NCBI GenBank assembly: GCA_014380005.1 | Contig: JACMKT010000189.1 | Coordinates: 18,523 to 82,522 of the forward strand | DNA length: 64,000 nt | Source: Rhodospirillales bacterium | GTDB taxonomy: Bacteria; Pseudomonadota; Alphaproteobacteria; Rhodospirillales; Magnetospirillaceae | Reading direction: 5' to 3' | Part shown: piece after piece, positions 1 to 6,863 of the stretch | How positions within the stretch are numbered: the stretch's first letter is position 1 | Layout: each line of letters starts with the position of its first letter | Notes under the pieces: generated by a model | What the model saw: the letters and a program-made list of their open reading frames with translations, nothing else | Database searches by the model: none | What the model was told of the DNA's origin: nothing | Position numbers and translations under genes: made by a program

Positions 1-19
1 TTCCGGTCCGGTTCTGCCC

Positions 20-1006
20 ATGAAAGTGGTCATCAATGGCGAGGAGCGCGCGTTCAGCGCTTCCATGAGCGTCGAGGCTTTGCTCAAAGAGTTAGGCATC
101 GACCCGCGCAAAGTCGCGGTCGAGCGCAATCTGGAGATTGTTCCCAAATCCACCTATGACCAGGTCACGGTGGTGTCGGGTGATCGGCTGGAAGTGGTGC
201 ATTTCATCGGCGGCGGGTGTGGAGAGGCAAGCATGGACGAGGATTTCTTCGAGGTCGCGGGCACCAAGTTCCGCTCGCGCCTGTTGGTGGGCACCGGCAA
301 GTACAAGGATTTCGAGGAGACCGCCAAGGCCATCGAGGCCTCGGGCGCCGAGATCGTCACCGTGGCCGTGCGCCGGGTCAATCTGACCGATCCCAGACAG
401 CCCATGCTGGTGGATTACGTCAGCCCCAAGAAATACACGTTCCTGCCCAACACCGCCGGCTGCTACACCGCCGATGACGCCGTGCGCACCCTAAGGCTCG
501 CGCGCGAGGCCGGCGGTTGGGATCTGGTCAAGCTGGAGGTGCTGGGCGACCAGAAGACCCTGTATCCCAACATGCCGGAAACCCTGAAGGCCGCCGAGGC
601 GCTGATCAAGGACGGCTTCAAGGTGATGGTTTATTGCTCGGACGATCCCATCCAGGCCAAGACCCTGGAGCAAATGGGCTGCGTCGCCATCATGCCCTTG
701 GGCTCGCTGATCGGTTCGGGCCTGGGCATCGTCAATCCCATCAATGTGCGCCTGATCAAGGAAAGCGTCGCTGTCCCCGTGCTGGTGGATGCCGGCGTGG
801 GCACCGCGTCCGACGCGGCTGTCGCCATGGAATTGGGGTGCGACGGCGTGCTGATGAACACCGCCATCGCCGCCGCCCGCGATCCCATCAAGATGGCCAG
901 GGCCATGCGCCTTGCCATCGAGGCCGGGCGTTTGGCCTATCAGGCTGGCCGCATGCCCAAGAAACTGTATGCCGATCCCAGCTCGCCCCTGGCCGGTTTG
1001 ATCTAA
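20..1006 (+). CDS. thiG: Fused sulfur carrier ThiS / thiazole synthase ThiG
   Basis: N-terminal ThiS-like domain ending ...VVHFIGGG is in frame with ThiG ([42 protein letters not shown]). Confidence 0.95.
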   Translation: MKVVINGEERAFSASMSVEALLKELGIDPRKVAVERNLEIVPKSTYDQVTVVSGDRLEVVHFIGGGCGEASMDEDFFEVAGTKFRSRLLVGTGKYKDFEETAKAIEASGAEIVTVAVRRVNLTDPRQPMLVDYVSPKKYTFLPNTAGCYTADDAVRTLRLAREAGGWDLVKLEVLGDQKTLYPNMPETLKAAEALIKDGFKVMVYCSDDPIQAKTLEQMGCVAIMPLGSLIGSGLGIVNPINVRLIKESVAVPVLVDAGVGTASDAAVAMELGCDGVLMNTAIAAARDPIKMARAMRLAIEAGRLAYQAGRMPKKLYADPSSPLAGLI

Positions 1007-1012
1007 GACCTA

Positions 1013-1044
1013 AGGAGGGGCGGGGGATTTTCTCCGCCCCTCCT
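1013..1044 (+). terminator. GC-rich hairpin after thiG
   Basis: aggaggggcgggg pairs with tctccgcccctcct just after the stop; no clear U-tract. Confidence 0.55.
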
Positions 1045-1232
1045 ATGGTGCCGAAGGTCATGGCGCCCGCACTATACGTGGGGCCTTCGTGGCGAAAAAA
1101 CGGCCCGAAAGCGGGCGGTTACCGCAGGCTAAGTCATTGAAATAGCATGATAATGCCTCGGGCTTCAAAAAAATATCAGGGAACATGGATATTTTTCTCT
1201 TTTCATCGTCCGAAAACGGCGTATATAGCGGC

Positions 1233-1587
1233 TTCAGACGAGACGTACCGCGCACGTGCCTCTGGCCCTTCGGGGTTTAAGCAACGACGTCCAAGGCGTC
1301 TTCTGGGTGCAAGCGGGGTGTAAAGCCCCCGGTGCTTAGAGGAATGAGCTTATGAACGTATTTGCCAGGCACTTGCTGTCACTGGAACCCAATCCCCTCT
1401 TCGTTGAGGGGTTCCGCACGCTGCAGGCCTATACCCTGCTGTGGAGCGACGTCCGAAGTACCTCCCTGCGGATCTGACAGCTTCCCGAATTGCTGTCATT
1501 TGACTTTGTCCTTCGGCCCTTGGGCTTGAGGCAGATTACCTGTCATTTCGCCTGGGCCATGCCCAAGCCGCTTGGAGGACCATTCGC
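1233..1587 (+). promoter_or_regulatory. Long structured 5' leader of ornithine decarboxylase (speF-leader-like attenuator)
   Basis: About 350 nt downstream of a candidate -10 (gtatat, 1221-1226). Contains several hairpins (cUUCGg at 1264-1277), competing ctgtca/tgacag helices and a stem covering the SD. Confidence 0.6.
1352..1477 (+). CDS. Putative leader peptide (41 aa, MNVFARHLLSLEPNPLFVEGFRTLQAYTLLWSDVRSTSLRI)
   Basis: Translated by hand. SD agagga at 1338-1343, ATG at 1352, TGA at 1475-1477. Shorter than any ORF listed in the track. Confidence 0.5.
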   Translation: MNVFARHLLSLEPNPLFVEGFRTLQAYTLLWSDVRSTSLRI

Positions 1588-2718
1588 ATGACCGCGAAGA
1601 TCGCTCGTTTCCTGGATGAAGTTCGCCCCGTCACCCCCTGCGTCGTTGTCGACCTGGACATCGTCCGCGAAAACTATCAGGGCCTGCGCCGCTGGCTGCC
1701 CTTGGCCCAGGTGTATTACGCGGTGAAGGCCAATCCGGCCCCGGAAATCGTGCGTATGCTGGTGGGCGAGGGCTCTTCCTTTGACTGCGCCTCGCGCGGC
1801 GAAATCGACCTGTGCCTGAACAACGGCGCCCGCGCCGACAAGCTGTCCTTCGGCAACACCATTAAGAAGAAGTCGGACATCGCCTACGCCTATGAAAAGG
1901 GCGTTCGCCTGTATGCCTTCGACTCCCTGGCCGAGCTGGAGAAGCTGGCCGATGTCGCTCCCGGTTCCAAGGTGTTCTGCCGCATCTTGATGACCTGCGA
2001 GGGCGCCGAATGGCCGCTGTCGCGCAAGTTCGGCTGCGAGATCGACATGGCCAAGGATCTGCTGGTCAAGGCCCGCGAGTTGGGCATGGACCCCTATGGC
2101 GTGTCGTTCCACGTGGGCAGCCAGCAGACCGATCTGCGCCAGTGGGACATCGCCGTGGGCAAGGCCGCCATGCTGTTCACCGCCCTGGACGAAGCCGGCA
2201 TCGAGCTGAAGATGATGAATTTGGGCGGCGGCTTCCCGGCCCAGTACCGCACCGACGTTCCTGCCGTCGAGCTGTATGCCGATGCCATGATGACCGCCAT
2301 GACCAACCATTTCGGCAACGCCCTGCCGGCCATGATCATCGAGCCGGGCCGGTCCCTGGTGGGTGACGCCGGCATCCTGGAAACCGAAGTGGTGCTGATT
2401 TCCCAGAAGGGTTACGACGACGACACCCGCTGGGTCTATCTGGACGTGGGCAAGTTCGGCGGTCTGGCCGAGACCATGGACGAAGCCATCAAGTACCGCA
2501 TCCAGACCCCCCATGACGGCGGCAGCACCGCTCCGGTGATCTTGGCCGGCCCGACTTGCGACTCCGCCGACATCCTGTATGAGAAGGCCGGCTACGAAAT
2601 GCCGGTGAACCTCCAGGTCGGCGACAAGGTGCGCATCCTGTCCACCGGCGCCTACACCACGTCCTATTCGGCGGTGAACTTCAACGGCTTCGCGCCTTTG
2701 AAGGCCTATTTCATCTAG
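1588..2718 (+). CDS. Fold-type III PLP-dependent ornithine/lysine decarboxylase
   Basis: YYAVKAN (PLP lysine), FDCAS, SFHVGSQ, NLGGGFP, EPGR, GPTCDSAD, GAYT and FNGF motifs; SD ggagga at 1574-1579. Confidence 0.95.
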   Translation: MTAKIARFLDEVRPVTPCVVVDLDIVRENYQGLRRWLPLAQVYYAVKANPAPEIVRMLVGEGSSFDCASRGEIDLCLNNGARADKLSFGNTIKKKSDIAYAYEKGVRLYAFDSLAELEKLADVAPGSKVFCRILMTCEGAEWPLSRKFGCEIDMAKDLLVKARELGMDPYGVSFHVGSQQTDLRQWDIAVGKAAMLFTALDEAGIELKMMNLGGGFPAQYRTDVPAVELYADAMMTAMTNHFGNALPAMIIEPGRSLVGDAGILETEVVLISQKGYDDDTRWVYLDVGKFGGLAETMDEAIKYRIQTPHDGGSTAPVILAGPTCDSADILYEKAGYEMPVNLQVGDKVRILSTGAYTTSYSAVNFNGFAPLKAYFI

Positions 2719-2735
2719 GCTGTTGGATTTCCATC

Positions 2736-2767
2736 AAAAAGGGCGCGGCGAAAGTCGCGCCTTTTTT
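2736..2767 (+). terminator. Rho-independent terminator
   Basis: aaaaagggcgcggc-gaaa-gtcgcgcctttttt. Confidence 0.85.
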
Positions 2768-2777
2768 GCGTCTGGGG

Positions 2778-2893
2778 CGGCAATTCCTGCCGGGCAGGGC
2801 AGGGGAATTTGCCGCTCTCGGCACTCCCTGCCGGTCAGATGTCAGTGTAAGTTATTGAAATATAATGCTTTGCCATTTGGCACGCGGCCTGCA
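2778..2893 (+). promoter_or_regulatory. Sigma54 promoter with FlbD-type (ftr) enhancer sites and an IHF site
   Basis: TGGCACGCGGCCTGCA at 2878-2893 (GG-N10-GC). CGGCA-N5-TGCCG at 2778-2792 and 2819-2833, with a degenerate copy at 2800-2814. IHF-like TAAGTTATTGAAA at 2848-2860. Confidence 0.8.
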
Positions 2894-2941
2894 AGTCGTT
2901 CGACGGGATAATTTCTGTTCGTCGGCCGAAGGAGGCTCGCG

Positions 2942-4579
2942 ATGTTGTGGGGCGCATTAAATAACGCCAGTACGGCGATGATGGCCATGAGCACGGATCT
3001 GGGCTCTATCAGCCAGAACGTGGCCAACGTCAATACGACCGGCTACAAGCGCACCGAGACTATGTTCAAGACCATGATGTCTGAACATAAGACCTCGCCG
3101 AACACCTATACCAGCGGGCTGAATATTTTCGGCGTGCAGGCGGTCCAGCGGAACCATATCGACGCGCAGGGCGTCATTCAGGCCTCGAGCACCTGGAGCG
3201 ACCTTGCCATCAACGGCAGGGGCTTCTTCATGGTGGCGCCGCCGACCGACGCAGCCGCCCCCTTGACGGTGGATACCGAGGACCCGGACGCGGTCCTTTA
3301 TACCCGTGACGGTTCGTGGATGCGCACCATGGGACCCGACACCGACGCCAATCTGGCGCGCAGCTATTTCACCACCGGTGCGGGCAATTATCTGCTGGGG
3401 TGGATGGCCGACGATACCGGCACCATCGATACCAGCGGCACTTTAGAACCGGTTTACACCCTGGCGCCGAGGCCCATTCCCAATAACGGCACTGCGGCGG
3501 TGGATAATGCCTCCACTTTGACGCCGTCCACCCAGACCATGCCGGGGCGCGAGAGCACTTCGGCATCCATCCTGGGCAATTTGCCCCGTAGTTCCTCCCT
3601 GGGCGGCACCCTGAGCACGGTCGACGTCTTGGATGGGTTGGGGGCTACGCAGACCGTCAGTTTGAGCTGGCAACGCACCGCCGCCGATACCTGGACGGTC
3701 ACCCCCAGCAATCCCTATGCGACGGCATGGTCGGTGCCGTCCTGGACGGTCACCGTGGACGATACCGGCGCAGTGACCTCGCCGGTGGGCGCACAGCCGG
3801 TGGACATCACCTGGGATGCCACCCACGGTGCGGGCTTGGTCTCGACCACCATCAACCCGTCATCGGCTCCGGTCAGCCGGGGCGAGTTGCAGAAGATCCC
3901 CGTGCAGGTGTTCGACAGCGACTTCACCGAGCACACGGTAACCCTGGGCTTCGAGCGTATCGGCACCAATAGCTGGTACATGTTCACCGATCCGGGCACG
4001 GGCGGAACGGGGTCGGCGCCGGTTGCCTTGACGTTCGACGACAATGGGCAGTTGACGGTTCCCGCCAGCGGTCTGGTGGATATCGACGCCACCTGGACCA
4101 CGACCGGCCCGCCGGCGACCACCAGCACGGTTGCGCTCAACGTGGACCTCACCAAGCTGTCCCAATTTGAGGGGTCGTCGCTTTATCTTGGTCACGTGAA
4201 CACGGACGGTTACGCCACGGGCAATCTGATGGCGACCACGTTCACCGAGACCGGCGAGCTTCAGGGCTATTACACCAACGGCCATTCGCGCACGCTGTTC
4301 AAGGTGCCGGTGGCCAATTTCGTCGCTGAAAACGCCCTTGCCCCCATCTCGGGCAATCTGTTCCGCCGCACCAAGGAAGCGGGCGACGTGTTGGTGACCG
4401 CCATCGAGGACGCACCGGGCGAGGGCCGTTTCGCCACCTCGTCGCTGGAAAGCTCGACCACGGATATCGAGGACGAGTTCACCCGCATGATCATGACCCA
4501 GAAGGCCTATTCCACCAACGCCCAGGTGTTCAAGACCGCCGACGAGATGACGTCAACGGCACGTGATCTGAAGCGGTAA
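2942..4579 (+). CDS. flgE: Flagellar hook protein FlgE-like (545 aa)
   Basis: SQNVANVNTTGYK, DLAINGRGFF, LYTRDG and LESSTTDIEDEFTRMIMTQKAYSTNAQ hook/rod motifs. Confidence 0.88.
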   Translation: MLWGALNNASTAMMAMSTDLGSISQNVANVNTTGYKRTETMFKTMMSEHKTSPNTYTSGLNIFGVQAVQRNHIDAQGVIQASSTWSDLAINGRGFFMVAPPTDAAAPLTVDTEDPDAVLYTRDGSWMRTMGPDTDANLARSYFTTGAGNYLLGWMADDTGTIDTSGTLEPVYTLAPRPIPNNGTAAVDNASTLTPSTQTMPGRESTSASILGNLPRSSSLGGTLSTVDVLDGLGATQTVSLSWQRTAADTWTVTPSNPYATAWSVPSWTVTVDDTGAVTSPVGAQPVDITWDATHGAGLVSTTINPSSAPVSRGELQKIPVQVFDSDFTEHTVTLGFERIGTNSWYMFTDPGTGGTGSAPVALTFDDNGQLTVPASGLVDIDATWTTTGPPATTSTVALNVDLTKLSQFEGSSLYLGHVNTDGYATGNLMATTFTETGELQGYYTNGHSRTLFKVPVANFVAENALAPISGNLFRRTKEAGDVLVTAIEDAPGEGRFATSSLESSTTDIEDEFTRMIMTQKAYSTNAQVFKTADEMTSTARDLKR

Positions 4580-4592
4580 CGGCCCAGAACTG

Positions 4593-4626
4593 AAAAAGGG
4601 GACCCGATCGCTCGGGTCCCCTTTTT
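4593..4626. terminator. Bidirectional Rho-independent terminator
   Basis: aaaaaggggacccga-tcgc-tcgggtccccttttt between convergent genes. Confidence 0.9.
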
Positions 4627-4646
4627 GTATTTCAGCCGAAAGCCGG

Positions 4647-5429
4647 TCAGTTGCCCAGCTTGCCGCCCTTGCGGGTGATGTCGAACAGCTGGCGGAAGAC
4701 TTGGCCTTCGATGGCACCGGACAGCACGCGCGACGAATTGCCGTTGCCGTCGGCGACGACGAAGGTGGGGGTCGAGGCGATGTCCAGGGCGTGGGCCAGC
4801 TCGATGTTCTTCTTGATCTGCTTGTCGATCTCGGGCGCCATCATTTCCTTCTTCACCTGCTCCACATTGGCGCCGGCTTCGCCCGCGAGGCGGAAGATGG
4901 TCTTGTCGTCAAGCTTGCCGCGGTACTTCATGAAGGCGCGGTGCACCTCTTCGTACTTGCCCTGCTTCTTGGCGGCCAGGGCGACACGGGCGGCGGTGGC
5001 GGAATCCTCGGACAGGATCGGCATTTCCTTGAACACCACGCGGGTCTTGCCGTCGGCCTTCATGGCTTCGACCATGGGGTCCAGCACCACCTTGCAATAG
5101 GGGCAGTTGTAGTCGAAGAACTCGACCAGAACCACGTCGCCCTTGGCGTTGCCCATGACCGGGTCGTCTTTGGCATTGAACAGTTCGTCCTTGCGCGACT
5201 CGATGGCCTTCTTGGCATCGGCCTCGGCCTGAACCCGCATCTTCTCGCGCAGGGCTTCCACGGCTTCACCGATGACCTCGGGGTGCTCCATCAAGTATTC
5301 GCGTACGATCTTGCGGACGCCATCGGCCTGTTTGGCGGAAAAGGGCTGATCTTCCTGGGCGTGCGCGGGCATGGCCAGGGTCAAGCCGAGAAGAAGCGCG
5401 GCGGCAGCGCCGAAGGTCTTGCGAATCAT
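4647..5429 (-). CDS. DsbA-family thiol-disulfide oxidoreductase (ScsC/Com1-like)
   Basis: Signal peptide, REYLMEHPEVI N-terminal helix, EFFDYNCPYCK active site and cis-Pro STPTF. Start moved to MIRK (SD at 5441-5444). Confidence 0.9.
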   Translation of the reverse strand: MIRKTFGAAAALLLGLTLAMPAHAQEDQPFSAKQADGVRKIVREYLMEHPEVIGEAVEALREKMRVQAEADAKKAIESRKDELFNAKDDPVMGNAKGDVVLVEFFDYNCPYCKVVLDPMVEAMKADGKTRVVFKEMPILSEDSATAARVALAAKKQGKYEEVHRAFMKYRGKLDDKTIFRLAGEAGANVEQVKKEMMAPEIDKQIKKNIELAHALDIASTPTFVVADGNGNSSRVLSGAIEGQVFRQLFDITRKGGKLGN

Positions 5430-5495
5430 GGGTAATTTAACTCCAGCACGGAAGGCACGGGCATATTGGCCGATAGGCATCGGCGGGGCAAGGGC

Positions 5496-6863
5496 TCAAC
5501 GCCGCTTCTTCTCCTCGACCTTGACCTGACTGGCGCGTTCCTTGATGTCCTGAATGCGCAGCCAGATGGGGCCGGAATGGGGCAGCAGCCGTTCGGCCTT
5601 GCCGGCATGGTAGATGGCATCGGTGGCTTTGCCCTGCAGCAAGGCCTGCTCGGCCATGGCATAGGCAGCCATGCCTTCGTCGCCCGAACGGCCGCTGGCG
5701 ATGGCCAGCAGGTGCCAGGCGGTGTGGTTTTCGGGCTCGCTGCGCAGCGCCTGGGTCAGGTGCTTTTTGGCGTCATTCAGCACCGTCTCGTCTTCCTGCT
5801 CCACCTGGGCCTGGGCCAGTTCGATGTGCAGCAGGGCGTTGTCGGGCAACAGGTCCGAGGCTTTGCGGTACGGCGCGATGGATTCGGTGCCGCGGCCATT
5901 CTCGAACAGCATCTGCCCCTTCAACTCATGGAAATAGGGGTCGTCGGGCCGTTCGGCGATCAGCCCGTCGATGAGCGGCAGCGCCGTGGCGAGGTCCGGC
6001 TTGCGATAGGCGGCGATGGCGCGGGCGTAGCGGGAATCCAGGCTGTTATCCGTTTCCTTATATCGCTGGAACGTGCGCACCGGCGATTCCAGGAAGGCGA
6101 ACAGCTTGGCCCGCATGCGCTTGTGCATCTCAATGTATTCGGGGCGGGAGGGGGTACTGGTCCATTTGGAATGGGCCACATGCTCACGCACGTTGGAGAC
6201 GCGGTCCCGCGTCAGCGGATGGGTGCGCACATAGGGGTCCTGGCGGGCCGCCACCAGCAGTTCCTGGTCACCGAGAATTTCGAAGAACTCCAGGAAACCC
6301 TTGGTCGATTGCCCTGTGGCCTCCAGGAACGACATGCCGGCTTGATCGGCAGAGCCTTCCTGGGTGCGCGAGAACGCCATCAGATTGCGCATGGCCATTT
6401 CCTGGCTGCCCATCATCACTCCGGCGCCGACATCGCCACGGCCCGAGGCTGCGCCCAGGGCGGCACCCAGCAGCATGCCCATGATGGCTTCGGTGGAGGC
6501 GGCGCTGACCGCGTCGTTCAGCCGCACCAGATGGCCGCCGGAAATGTGACCGGTTTCGTGGGCGATGACGCCGATCAGCTGGTTGGCGGTCTCGGACCGG
6601 ATCAGCAAACCGGTGTGGAAGAACATGTTCTGGCCGTTGGCAACGAAGGCGTTCAGCGACGGATCGACCAGAAGATGAATGCGAACCGCCTCGGGGTCCA
6701 ATCCGGCAGCCTGGAATAGTGGCGTCGAATAGGCCCGGATGGTATTTTCCACCTCGGCGTCGCGAATGAAGCTGCGCCGTTGGGTTTGTTGGGCAAAGGC
6801 GGCCGAGTTCGGCGCCAGCAGTGCCAGCACCAAGGTTGCCAGAAGGAACAAGCGTGTGAGCAA
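5496..6863 (-). CDS. M48-family metalloprotease with TPR repeats (BepA/YfgC-like)
   Basis: IRDAEVE, LNAF, VIAHETGH (HEXXH), FSRTQEGSAD, YVRTHP. Start placed at TTG 6863 with SD ggaga at 6871-6875 (start uncertain). Confidence 0.88.
   Translation of the reverse strand: MLTRLFLLATLVLALLAPNSAAFAQQTQRRSFIRDAEVENTIRAYSTPLFQAAGLDPEAVRIHLLVDPSLNAFVANGQNMFFHTGLLIRSETANQLIGVIAHETGHISGGHLVRLNDAVSAASTEAIMGMLLGAALGAASGRGDVGAGVMMGSQEMAMRNLMAFSRTQEGSADQAGMSFLEATGQSTKGFLEFFEILGDQELLVAARQDPYVRTHPLTRDRVSNVREHVAHSKWTSTPSRPEYIEMHKRMRAKLFAFLESPVRTFQRYKETDNSLDSRYARAIAAYRKPDLATALPLIDGLIAERPDDPYFHELKGQMLFENGRGTESIAPYRKASDLLPDNALLHIELAQAQVEQEDETVLNDAKKHLTQALRSEPENHTAWHLLAIASGRSGDEGMAAYAMAEQALLQGKATDAIYHAGKAERLLPHSGPIWLRIQDIKERASQVKVEEKKRR

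Noticed and set aside
1344-1355. Mini-ORF MSL-stop overlapping the leader start
   Set aside because: Its ATG abuts the SD with no spacing, so initiation is unlikely; the 1352 start fits much better.
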